From positions 2,176,001-2,240,000 of the forward strand of contig OZ244070.1 of assembly GCA_965215605.1 (NCBI GenBank): a DNA stretch of 64,000 nt. Reading direction: 5' to 3'. Shown here piece by piece: positions 37,377 to 47,229 of the stretch. Source of the DNA: an uncultured Candidatus Binatia bacterium (GTDB lineage Bacteria > Desulfobacterota > Binatia > UBA9968 > JAJDTQ01). Numbering within the stretch: the stretch's first letter is position 1; each line of letters opens with the position of its first letter. The notes beneath the pieces were generated by a model, which saw only the letters and a program-made list of their open reading frames with translations, was not told the DNA's origin and did not search any database. A program made the translations under genes and the position numbers.

Positions 37377-40226
37377 AGCGGAGCCTTCAAGCGCGGTGTC
37401 GTCATGGTGGATCGAACTGAAATACAGGCTGTGTTACGCGGTTTGTCGACCGGCGATCTGCTAGAAGGGGCCACGGGTCTCCTTGAAACCCTCGGCTATG
37501 CAAGTGATCGGACCCTCGCGGATTCTGGGGACCCGCGGGCCTTTTTTGCAGATTCTCCTTCTACTACGGAATCCCGTCACAACCTGCTGGACAAGGCCAA
37601 GGTCATTCGTCTGATCTTTCAGGTTACGGATGAAGAGATTCGATCCGGTGCTGGAGCACGTTTCATGGAATTCGATGGCGCCGGGTTCGATCAAGGGAGG
37701 ACGGATTGTTTTCTGTTCGTCGCTGTGGAATTGCGCGACGAATGGTATGCCCGCTCTACCTATGCCGGGATGACGCGGGAGATCAACCGGGCTTTTGAGG
37801 GAGCGCCCGCGGTCGTGCTCTTCCGCGCTGGACGACGTCTCACTATGGGTTTCGCTGGCCGGCGCGCCCACCAACGCGATGCCGCCCAAGACGTGGTGCA
37901 GGAAGTGAACCTGATCAAGGACATCAAACTTGCAACTCCCCATCGCGCTCACATCGATACGTTGGCCGAACTGTCCCTTCCGGCGATGCTCGCCTGGATG
38001 GACGCGCACGACAAACCCCATAATTTCGACGGCCTTCTCACGGCATGGCTCGCAATACTGAGCACCGAGGAACTCAACAAACGCTTCTACAAGGAACTGT
38101 TCGGTTGGTTCCAACGCGCCGTCAACGAGGCGAAATTCCCCCGCGACAAGAACAAGACCCTGCCTAAGGAGGAGCACATCATCCGCCTGATCACACGGTT
38201 GATGTTCATCTGGTTCATCAAGGAGAAAGGTTTGGTTGCAGGAGACATCTTTGTTGAGACACGGGTTCGCCATTTGTTGAAGGGCTATGATCCTGCGGCC
38301 GGCGATTCCTGGTATCGCGCCGTACTGCAGAACCTCTTCTTCGCTACCCTCAACACCGAGATCGGCAAACGTCGGTTCAGCACCGCCAGTCGAACCACCC
38401 ACCGGGTATTCTCCCTGTATCGGTACAAGGATCTGATGGCGAAACCGGACGAATTGATGGCGCTGTTCGAGAAGACCCCGTTCATCAACGGAGGCCTGTT
38501 CGAGTGCCTGGACAGTGGCGACAGGTCCCAAACCGCGAAGGGTTACCGCATCGACTGTTTCTCGGACAACCTGGAACACCGTGCCAAGTTGAGTGTGCCC
38601 AATCGCCTGTTTTTCGACGAAAAAGGGTTGATTCCGATCTTTGAACGCTACCGATTCACGGTAGAAGAAAACACACCCGTCGAGCAGGAAGTGGCGCTGG
38701 ATCCCGAACTGCTCGGCAAAGTGTTCGAAAACCTCCTCGCCGCCTACAACCCGGAAACGCGCGAGACGGTGCGCAAGCAGACCGGCTCCTACTACACGCC
38801 GCGGCCGGTGGTGAACTACATGGTTCGGGAGACAGTGGCTGCGGCGCTCGCAGAAAAGCTGAAAGCGGAGAATGACAAGGCCACGGAGTGGCGAGAACGT
38901 CTCGCGGGTTTGGTTGATGAAACCCATGCCTTCGGGAGTGACGACAACAGTTTTTTTGACGATGACAAGCGGCAATCGGTGGTCCGGCGCATTGCCGACC
39001 TGACGGTTCTGGACCCTGCCGTCGGCTCCGGCGCGTTTCCCATGGCCGTCCTGCATGCCTTGACGCTGGCACTCCGTAGACTGGACCCGGACAACCACCA
39101 TTGGGAGCAGGTCCAGCGGGACCGCGCCGGAACTCGCGCCAGACGTGCCTTCGACACCAGCGACGACGACACCCGTGGATTGGCGCTCAAGGAGATAGAC
39201 GAGACCTTCAAGCGCTATCGCGACTCTGACTTCGGGCGCAAGCTGTATCTGATCCAGAACACCCTGTTCGGCGTGGACATCCAGCCCATCGCCTGCCAGA
39301 TCGTCAAGCTGCGCTTCTTCATTTCGCTGGCGATCGAGCAGCAGGCGACCAAGGATTCTGCGGATAATTACGGCATTCGTCCGCTACCGAACCTGGAAAC
39401 CCGCTTCCTCGCGGCGAACACGTTGCTCGGAACGGCGGCGCAACGCAATCTTAGAACAGGGGAACAGGATCGCATCGAGGGCGAATTGCGAGAGAATCGC
39501 GAGCAGCATTTCAATGCCACCACTTGGGATGAAAAGACCGAATGCAGAAAGATCGACGAAAAACTCCGGACCGCACTGACGACAGAGCTCGTGCGTAACG
39601 CCGGCTTGTCTGGTGTCGAAGCAAGGAAAATTGCTGCGTGGGACCCATACGACCAGAACAGTGTGGCGGACTGGTTCGATCCGGAGTACATGTTCGGCAT
39701 CAACGACGGGTTCGATGTGGTCATCGGCAACCCGCCCTATATCCAGTTGCAGAAGAACGGCGGCCAGTTGGGGCAGTTTTACAGGAACGCCGGATACCAG
39801 ACGTTTGCCTCCACCGGCGACATCTACCAGCTTTTCTACGAAAAGGGCTGCCAACTGCTGAAGCCGGCCCGTGGACTGCTGGCCTACATTACGTCCAACA
39901 GTTGGTTGAAAGCGGAATACGGCAAACGGCTGCGCGGTTACTTCTCTGGTCAACACACGCCGCTGCGCCTGCTAGAGATGGGCAAAGATGTTTTTGACAA
40001 CGCCATTGTGGATACGAGCATACTGATTGCCCGCGAAGGGCGCGAGAGCGTCACCAGCAAGGCCGTGGATATGGACCGCTTGCCGGACAAGACGATCTTC
40101 CCACCGGCTGAACATCTTTGGGGTGAGCTGCGCCCCCGTGGCGAAAAGCCCTGGAGTGTGCTGTCATCCGTCGAGCAGGGTATTATGGACAAGATGGAGA
40201 AAGTTGGAACGCCGCTGAAAGAGTGG

Positions 40227-40238
40227 GATATCGCAATT
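40227..40238. repeat. 12-bp outer inverted repeat GATATCGCAATT (partner 45380-45391); candidate crossover site
   Basis: Homology between the two TRD cassettes begins exactly here (codons DIAI), with none outside it. Confidence 0.75.
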
Positions 40239-40293
40239 AACTACGGAATTAAGACCGGCTACAACCGCGCCTTCATCATCGATAACATCACTA

Positions 40294-41447
40294 ATATCCT
40301 GTCCGATTAATTAGTTGAAAAACAATACAGGGTGTAGTACCATGGGGAGAAGGGTGAAGGAGGCACCATGGCACGACCACCAGCAGGGATCGTTTTGAGT
40401 GAGGAAGAGAAGGCGGAGCTTGAGAGATGGAGCCGGCGGCGCAATACGCGAGCGGGTCTTCATCTGAGAGCGGGCGTGATTTTGGATTGCGCGCGAGGTT
40501 ACACAGGGGAGGAGGTGGCGAAGCGACACCACACGAGCCAGCAGACGGTGTCGAAGTGGCGGGGGCGGTTCGCCCGAGAGCGACTGGCGGGACTGTCCGA
40601 TGCTGTACGAAGCGGCCAGCCGCGCAAGCACAACGACATACGGGTGCAGGAAGTGTTGGACGCGACACTGAATCGACGGCCGAAGCATGCCACGCACTGG
40701 AGCGTGCGGAGTTTATCCGAGGACCTGGATGTGCCACGGGATTTCGTTCATCGTGTATGGCGAGCATTCGGGCTCAAACCTCACCTGTCGCGAAACTTCA
40801 AGCTATCCACCGATCCGCACTTCATCGACAAGGTGCGGGACGTGGTGGGTCTTTATCTGAATCCGCCGGACAAGGCGCTGGTGTTGTGCGTGGATGAAAA
40901 AAGCCAGATTCAGGCATTGGACCGTACCCAACCCGGTTTACCGCTGAACTACGGCACACCCGAGACTCGGACCCATGACTATCGGCGCTATGGCACCACC
41001 ACGCTGTTCGCCGCACTGGAGGTAGCCACGGGTCGAGTGTTGGGCAAGCTGCACCGCCGGCACAGAAGCCAAGAGTTCATCGCCTTCTTGCGCCACATCG
41101 ACTCGCAGGTCCCGGCCGCCTTGGAAGTCCACCTCATTCTCGACAACTACGGTACCCACAAGACCGCCCAAGTCAAGAATTGGCTGTTACGACACCCCCG
41201 ATTCCACTGTCATTTCATCCCCACCTACAGTTCCTGGATGAACTTGGTGGAGCGCTTCTTCGCAACCTTGTCCGAACACCAGTTACGCCGAGGCACCTAC
41301 CGCTCCGTGGTCGCTCTGGAGAAAGCCATACGAAATTACCTCGACCTGCACAATCAACATCCCAAGCCGTTTCGTTGGACCAAGTCCGCTGATGCCATCA
41401 TTGACTCCGTCACCAGCGTTATTAAACGAATTAACCAGACACCACAC
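40294..41447 (+). mobile_element. IS630-family element, apparently intact
   Basis: TA duplication at 40292-93 and 41448-49. Imperfect IRs ATATCCTGTCCGATTAATT / GTGTGGTGTCTGGTTAATT. Confidence 0.92.
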
Positions 41448-41450
41448 TAA
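40368..41450 (+). CDS. IS630 transposase
   Basis: HTH N-terminus and DDE triad in VDEK, LDNY and LVERFF. 360 aa. Confidence 0.93.
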   Translation: MARPPAGIVLSEEEKAELERWSRRRNTRAGLHLRAGVILDCARGYTGEEVAKRHHTSQQTVSKWRGRFARERLAGLSDAVRSGQPRKHNDIRVQEVLDATLNRRPKHATHWSVRSLSEDLDVPRDFVHRVWRAFGLKPHLSRNFKLSTDPHFIDKVRDVVGLYLNPPDKALVLCVDEKSQIQALDRTQPGLPLNYGTPETRTHDYRRYGTTTLFAALEVATGRVLGKLHRRHRSQEFIAFLRHIDSQVPAALEVHLILDNYGTHKTAQVKNWLLRHPRFHCHFIPTYSSWMNLVERFFATLSEHQLRRGTYRSVVALEKAIRNYLDLHNQHPKPFRWTKSADAIIDSVTSVIKRINQTPH

Positions 41451-41672
41451 CAGGTTGTTGAAAAACTCCGCCTGACGCGGATAACAGTAAGTAACATATT
41501 GGTATTGAGCGGGAGTAAAGGATGAGAGGAACGGATCCGCGTCAGGAAGGGATGTTCAGCTATGTGTCGCCGGCGGCGCGAGTGCCTGCGGACCATCCAT
41601 TGCGAGCGATGAGGTGGTCCTGGTTTGTAGGACAGGTAGGCGGCGGAGATAAGGTGTATTCCAGACGTTCGA

Positions 41673-42599
41673 TCATGCCGCCAAGGTCCCGTTTATCACG
41701 TCTTCGTGTTCCGATGGAACTGACAGAGGGGCGGGCGGGGTGTGAGGTCCGGCCTGCCTCTTGAGTCCTCGTTCGTAGGCCTCGGCCGGGGTGGAGCCGG
41801 CGAGGGCGGAATGAGGCCTTTGGGTGTTGTAGAAGTGGAGCCAGTTGGCGATGGTCCTTTGGGCGGCGAAGCCGTCCGAGAGCTCGTGCAGGTAGACGGC
41901 CTCGTACTTGAGGGAGCGCCACAGGCGCTCGATGAAGATGTTGTCCATGCACCGGCCCCTGCCGTCCATGGAGATGGCGACGCCGGCGTCCTTGAGCACG
42001 GAGGTGAACTCCAGGCTGGTGAACTGGCTGCCCTGGTCGGTGTTGAAGATCTCGGGAGGGCCGTAGCGTTCCAGAGCCTCTGAGAGGGCCTCGACACAGA
42101 AGCGGGCATCGAGGGTGTTCGACAGCCTCCAGGAGAGCACCCGGCGGGTGGCCCAGTCCATCACCGCCACCAGGTACAGGAAGCCCTTCTGGACAGGGAT
42201 ATAGGTTATATCTGCGGTCCACGCGTGATTGGGCCGTTCGATGGCGACCCCCTTGAGCCGATAGGGGTAGACCCGGTGCTCGGGATGCGGTCGGGTGGTC
42301 CGCGGCGCCTGGTAGATGGCCTGGAGACCCATCAGGCGCATCAGACGCCGCACCCGGTGACGACCCACACGGTCGCCCTCCCGCCACAGATGGCGGACCA
42401 TCTGGCGGCTGCCGTAGAAGGGGTACTCCAGGAACAGCTTGTCTATCCGGCGCATCAACGCCAGATTCTCCCCGCTCTCGCCCTTGGGCCGGTGGTACAC
42501 AGAGGATCGACTCACTCGAAGCAGATGGCATTGACGGCTCAAGCTGAGCTTGGGATGGCCGGGCTCGATCATCCCCCGGCGCTTCTCCCGGCTCACCAC
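41673..42599 (-). CDS. IS3 transposase OrfB (rve DDE)
   Basis: Motifs YGSR, WTADITY, NTDQGSQF and IERLWRSLKYE. Confidence 0.92.
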   Translation of the reverse strand: MVSREKRRGMIEPGHPKLSLSRQCHLLRVSRSSVYHRPKGESGENLALMRRIDKLFLEYPFYGSRQMVRHLWREGDRVGRHRVRRLMRLMGLQAIYQAPRTTRPHPEHRVYPYRLKGVAIERPNHAWTADITYIPVQKGFLYLVAVMDWATRRVLSWRLSNTLDARFCVEALSEALERYGPPEIFNTDQGSQFTSLEFTSVLKDAGVAISMDGRGRCMDNIFIERLWRSLKYEAVYLHELSDGFAAQRTIANWLHFYNTQRPHSALAGSTPAEAYERGLKRQAGPHTPPAPLSVPSEHEDVINGTLAA

Positions 42600-42874
42600 T
42601 TGAGCCCTTTGGCCAAAAAATCCCGCTCCACCGTCAGCTCCCCTATCTTCGCGTGCAGGTCCCGGACCTCCCCCTCGTGGTCTCCTCGTGCCCGCTCGGC
42701 TCCCTTCGAGAACACCTCCTTCATCCCCTCCACCGCCCGTTGCTTCCAGGTGCTCACCTGGTTCGGATGGACCTTGTGCCGCGCCGCAATCTCCTGGATC
42801 GTCTTGTCTCCGCGCAGCGCCTCCAGCGCTACCTTCGCCTTGAACTCTCCGCTGAACCGTCGTCGTGTGCTCAT
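42593..42874 (-). CDS. IS3 transposase OrfA
   Basis: RRRFSGEFKAKVALEA HTH and a leucine zipper ending ERDFLAKGL. Confidence 0.9.
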   Translation of the reverse strand: MSTRRRFSGEFKAKVALEALRGDKTIQEIAARHKVHPNQVSTWKQRAVEGMKEVFSKGAERARGDHEGEVRDLHAKIGELTVERDFLAKGLKW

Positions 42875-43840
42875 TGCGTATCCCCTCCCTAAGTCGGTGG
42901 AATACACCTTAGCAACCTGTCCGATTTTCCAGGACCACCTCAAAGAACCGGCAGCGGTTGATCGGGTCGGACATCGCGCGGGCCTTTTTCGGTCAGATAC
43001 TGGGCCAAGCCCGCGAAGGACGCCTGTTGTCGGATGAACACTTCAGCGTGGACGGGACGTTGCTGGAGGCGTGGGCGTCGATGAAGTCGTTCCGGCCGAA
43101 AGACGGAGGCGGACGGCGTGGTGGCGGTGGACGCAATGCCGAGGCGGACTTCCACGGCGAGAAGCGCAGCAATGCGACCCACCAGTCGAGCACCGATCCG
43201 CAGGCACGGCTGTACCGCAAGGGCCAGGGGCAGGAAGCGAAGCTGTGCTACCTGGGCCATGCGTTGATGGATAACCGCCATGGACTGATCGTCGATACCC
43301 GTACCACCGAAGCCGCCGGCCGGGCTGAGCGCGAGGCGGGCTTGGCGATGATTGCGGCGCGTCCCGGCATCGATCGGCTCACCCTCGGGGCGGACAAGGG
43401 ATACGATACAAAAGACTTTGTGGAGGGACTGCGCTGTGCCAACGTCAGTCCGCATGTGGCCCAGAACGACACCCACCGGCGTTCCGCCATTGACCGGCGC
43501 ACCACCCGTCACCGTGGTTACGCGGTGAGCCAGCGCATCCGCAAACGGATCGAGGAAGGCTTCGGCTGGGCCAAGACCATCGGAGGCATGCGCAAACTCA
43601 AGCACCGGGGCCTGGCCAAGGTGGACTTCCAGTTCACCCTCACCTTCGCCGTCTACAACCTGGTGCGACTCCGCACCCTGGGAGTCGGAGGTTGAGCATG
43701 CGTCCATGGCCACCGTGCGTCTGCGCCGGCTTCGTTCCCTTGAAATGGCCGGCGAAGCAAGTTCTGCTCCATGCCCTGAAGCCAGCTTTTCCATCGATTC
43801 TCTCACAAACGCTCAAATCTAGGCGTTTTTCCACGGCCTG

Positions 43841-43952
43841 CTAAGGAAGCGCTGGTGAGGGAGGATCCTCGGTCTGCCGAAATCATCAAACCGGTGTTGC
43901 GCGGCCGGGATATCCGCAGATACCGAGCAAAGTGGGCGGGACTGTGGTTGAT
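43841..43952. repeat. Main part of the left arm of the 134-bp perfect inverted repeat (remaining 22 bp at 40269-40290)
   Basis: 40269-40290 plus 43841-43952 equals the reverse complement of 45216-45349 base for base. Confidence 0.92.
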
Positions 43953-44611
43953 CGCGACCTTTCCTGCTCTTGGAATCAACATTGACAACTATCCTGCGGT
44001 GAAGCGGCACTTGCTGTCTTTCGGCAAAGCGCGATTGGAACAATTCGGTAAGATCCTGCCGGACGGCACGACATCCAGAAAGAAAACTGTATACTCGTGG
44101 TACGAATTACAGGATACTTGCGCTTACCACGCAGCGTTTCGGCACGAGAAACTGCTTTGGATGGACATGTCCAATGAGGGTCGCTTCGCCTACTCCAACA
44201 CCGAAATCTACTGCAACGACAAGGGCTTCATCATGACAGGAACGGCTCTCAAGTTTCTTTGTGGGATTCTGAATAGCGCTCTTATCACCTGGGTCATGAG
44301 AAAGAACGCACTGACTACCGGATTAGGGCTTATACAGTGGAAGAAGTTCGCAGTGGAGCGGCTTTCTATCCCGCACATAACGGTCAGAGAGCAGCGCACT
44401 TTCATTGATTTCGTAGAACGTTTGCGAACAGATGACAGGTTCGCGACGAGTTTCGACCCACACGGTGTGGAAGTTGAGCTCAATCAACGCGTGTACTCAC
44501 TGTACAGCTTGACCCCTTCAGAGATCGCCGCAGTAGAGAGACACTGACCTGCTTCCTCACTTGCCCGATTCCGGGACCACCTCAATGGAGAAGCAGCGTC
44601 CTTGGCCGTCG

Positions 44612-45391
44612 TCAATGATTTGTCGGACGATTGGGCTTTGCTGAAACGGCTCCCTTCAGAACAGCTTCAGATTCCTTGAAGGTGAGGCCGTAGAGCTTGC
44701 ATACGAGTCGGTCTATTTCCCTTTCCTTGTCGGTGGTGTTGACCGGCGGGTCTGAGGCCTTGAATTTTAGGACCCGATCGACCAAATCGACAAACGGTCG
44801 GCGGTGTGAGTTTGGTGCTTTTGGGATGGGTATGGCTTCTACGGAAGCACTGATCCATCGTGTTACACCCATGCCAGAGTTCAGGGCCGTTTTACCCATA
44901 AACCAGGTTATCAGCCTCGAGTTCAGCAACGCGCAGAGATATTTGATAGACGAACCAGACATCAGGAAGCCTGTGTTTAGGCAAAACGTACCATCCTTAT
45001 CGTAGGCAAATCGGCCTTCTTCTGTGAGGTCCATCCACAGCAGTTTCTCCTCCGAAAATACTTCGTGGTAAGCGCAATTACGAAGATTGTAAGGAGTTCT
45101 ACCCTTATCCTGCCGTTTTACCAATTGGGGATAGAAGCCATTCAGGTGGTCTTTGACTGAGGGATAGTCGTCAACATCGACAGGCGGAACATCACCGTAT
45201 CCGTTGTGCGCGTCAATCAACCACAGTCCCGCCCACTTTGCTCGGTATCTGCGGATATCCCGGCCGCGCAACACCGGTTTGATGATTTCGGCAGACCGAG
45301 GATCCTCCCTCACCAGCGCTTCCTTAGTGATGTTATCGATGATGAAGGCAGCATTGTAACCGGTCAGAATTCCTCGATAAATTGCGATATC
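44612..45391 (-). CDS. Silent alternative TRD cassette (allele B) of the methyltransferase
   Basis: Open frame DIAIYRGILTGYNAAFIIDNITKEAL...PYNLRNCAY...EKLLWMD...LNSRLITW, paralogous to allele A. No credible start or RBS of its own. Confidence 0.88.
   Translation of the reverse strand, partial: DIAIYRGILTGYNAAFIIDNITKEALVREDPRSAEIIKPVLRGRDIRRYRAKWAGLWLIDAHNGYGDVPPVDVDDYPSVKDHLNGFYPQLVKRQDKGRTPYNLRNCAYHEVFSEEKLLWMDLTEEGRFAYDKDGTFCLNTGFLMSGSSIKYLCALLNSRLITWFMGKTALNSGMGVTRWISASVEAIPIPKAPNSHRRPFVDLVDRVLKFKASDPPVNTTDKEREIDRLVCKLYGLTFKESEAVLKGAVSAKPNRPTNH
45216..45349. repeat. Right arm of the 134-bp inverted repeat
   Basis: Encodes AFIIDNITKEALVREDPRSAEIIKPVLRGRDIRRYRAKWAGLWLI on the minus strand, identical to allele A. 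Confidence 0.92.
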
Positions 45392-45455
45392 GTTGGTCAA
45401 GTCTTCGCAGTCTACGAGGTGGATGACTCTCAAGTCCCAGAAACAGGAGTTTCCC

Positions 45456-46424
45456 ATGAGTCCGTCGGTGACGAATAGATCTGACATTCACAACACTGTC
45501 CTGTCCTCAGCAGTTGCCCCTAATACGCGACTGGCGTACAGCAAAAGTTGGGCGTGCTTCACCGCGTACTGCACAGACGAGCAGATCGGCGACCCCCTGT
45601 CCGCTTCTCCAGAAATCGTCGCCCGTTTTCTTCTGGACTGCGCTACACGGCCCCGTCTGGGGCGCGACGTACCGTTGTCCATGGGCACGGTCTTCGTCTA
45701 CAACAGTGCAATCACCAAACGGTTCACCGACGCTGATAAGGTCTCGCCCACCCACCACCCAACCGTCCGGGCAACTCTCAGAGGCTTGAGCCGCCTTACG
45801 GACGCCGCGCCGCGGCGGGTCAAGGCGTTGCGCGAGGAGCACGTGAGGGCCATGATCGCTCAGTGTCCCGACTCGGTTATCGGGATGCGGGACGCAGCCG
45901 TTCTCGCTCTAGGTTTCGCCGCTGCCCTGCGCCGGTCTGAACTCTGCGCGCTGCGCGTGGACGATGTGGCCATCCTCCAGCCGGGCCGTGCACACCCCCG
46001 GCGGATGTTGCTCACGATCCGCCGATCCAAGACCGACCAAACCGGCAAAGGCCATACGATCGCTGTCCCGGAAGGGAAGACGATCAGGCCCATCCACCGT
46101 GTGCGGGCATGGCTGGCGGCGTCCGGCATCACGCACGGGCCGTTGTTTCGGACGATGAAGCGGGGCGGCGCGGTGCAAGAGAGGCCACTGCACCATTCGG
46201 ACGTTCCGCGCTTGGTCAAGCGCTACGCTGCGTTGATCGGGCTAGATCCGAAAGAGGTGGCAGGTCATTCGTTGCGTGCTGGTTTTGTAACCAGCGCCGC
46301 GGCGCACCATGCGCGCCTCGACAAGATCATGGCTGTTACGCGCCACACCAACCCGGCCACGGTCATGAAGTACATCCGCGACGCCGACGCGTTCAGCGAC
46401 CATGCGGGCGATGCCTTTTTGTAG
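45456..46424 (+). CDS. Cre-like tyrosine recombinase (putative invertase)
   Basis: RBS AGGAG. SAM-like N-terminus (NTRLAY) and catalytic motifs LRRSEL, SKTDQ, HSLRAG and RH...KYIR. Confidence 0.9.
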   Translation: MSPSVTNRSDIHNTVLSSAVAPNTRLAYSKSWACFTAYCTDEQIGDPLSASPEIVARFLLDCATRPRLGRDVPLSMGTVFVYNSAITKRFTDADKVSPTHHPTVRATLRGLSRLTDAAPRRVKALREEHVRAMIAQCPDSVIGMRDAAVLALGFAAALRRSELCALRVDDVAILQPGRAHPRRMLLTIRRSKTDQTGKGHTIAVPEGKTIRPIHRVRAWLAASGITHGPLFRTMKRGGAVQERPLHHSDVPRLVKRYAALIGLDPKEVAGHSLRAGFVTSAAAHHARLDKIMAVTRHTNPATVMKYIRDADAFSDHAGDAFL

Positions 46425-46469
46425 AAACACCCATCTTCTAATGTGGCAGCCGTGCCGGTGGCCTTTCGG

Positions 46470-47045
46470 CTATTCGGTCTTGGACATCACGTCAGCGGCG
46501 GCTAGGTCCTCGCCGACGCGGTGGAACGGCCGGCCCGAATCGCTCAATGCAAGGACCACGACGATCTCGTCGGCGCGCGGGGCGTCGGCGACGGAGACCT
46601 GCATGGCGTCGAAATGGCTGAACTTCCAGACGTCGTCCTTGTGGTGCAGCGGGCAATCGATGACCGTCCCGGGGCCGCCGATCTTCTTGGTCGATGGCAT
46701 GACCGAGTTCGCCGGGCCGACGACCTCGCGCACCGGCCGGCCCAGCCGGGGGTGCATCACCGCCGCGGCATGCTCCTTCTCGCCGTTCTCGCCGACGATC
46801 GCCGCCTTGCCGTAGCTGTGGACGGCGGCCCCGTCGATCCCCAGCGCATCGATGGCGCGTTGAACCAGCACGCCGCCAAGCTCCGCCCCCGCCTTCTGCA
46901 ACTCTTCGAGGCCCTCGTCATAGACCCCGGCATAGGGGTTGGCGATCACCGCGATGGCCGCGGCTTGCCGCGTCGGAGGCTCCACCGGCCGGTCGATCTC
47001 GCGCCGGGTCTCCTCGACAATGGTGATAAGCTTGCGGATTTCCAT
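46470..47045 (-). CDS. 'Amino acid synthesis' (AA_synth) family protein
   Basis: Motifs AVIANPYAG, YGKAAIVGENGEKEHAAA, SHFD and DAPRADEI. Confidence 0.82.
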   Translation of the reverse strand: MEIRKLITIVEETRREIDRPVEPPTRQAAAIAVIANPYAGVYDEGLEELQKAGAELGGVLVQRAIDALGIDGAAVHSYGKAAIVGENGEKEHAAAVMHPRLGRPVREVVGPANSVMPSTKKIGGPGTVIDCPLHHKDDVWKFSHFDAMQVSVADAPRADEIVVVLALSDSGRPFHRVGEDLAAADVMSKTE

Positions 47046-47229
47046 ACGGCCTCCTCCCGGCCCTGTCGGGCCTGACTCGCTCAGGGCACTATGCCATCAT
47101 CGGGTTTTGTTGCAACACCTGCGCGGTGGCGTCGCAAGAGCTCGGTTTGACAACAAGCCCTCCTATGGTGTTTCTTGGGGAACCTCGAAAAATCGGGCAG
47201 ATACGGCGCTTACGAACAGGAGGACCTTT

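Larger units (their letters stand above)
41610..42942 (-). mobile_element. IS3-family element nested in the IS5
   Basis: TG...CA ends, IRs TGAGGTGGTCCTGG, orfA and orfB present. No target duplication visible. Confidence 0.92.
41451..43840 (+). mobile_element. IS5-family element, disrupted by IS3 and internally deleted
   Basis: IRs CAGGTTGTTGAAAAA / CAGGCCGTGGAAAAA. CTAA duplicated at 41447-50 and 43841-44. Transposase pieces MRGTDPRQEGMFSYVSP (41522) and KNRQRL...VDGTLLEAWAS...GADKGYD...RIEEGFGW (to 43695). Confidence 0.9.
37404..44547 (+). pseudogene. Eco57I/Type IIG-like N6-adenine DNA methyltransferase with TaqI-like TRD (allele A), interrupted by IS elements
   Basis: Motifs TGSYYTP, motif I VLDPAVGSGAF, GVDIQP and motif IV GNPPY. 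Joining 37404-40290 to 43841-44547 gives 3594 nt, an open frame of 1197 aa. Confidence 0.9.

Noticed and set aside
45392-45487. N-terminal extension making TRD B an independently translated 291-aa gene
   Set aside because: It overlaps the recombinase start, has no RBS, and homology to allele A begins only at 45391.
34125-46424. Complete DISARM or BREX system
   Set aside because: No drmA/drmB/drmC or brxC/pglZ/brxL genes; only the helicase-methyltransferase pair is present.
45456-46424. Prophage or island integrase with att sites
   Set aside because: No tRNA target, phage genes or convincing flanking direct repeats were found by eye. Its position beside the inverted repeats favours an invertase, though an integrase role is not excluded.
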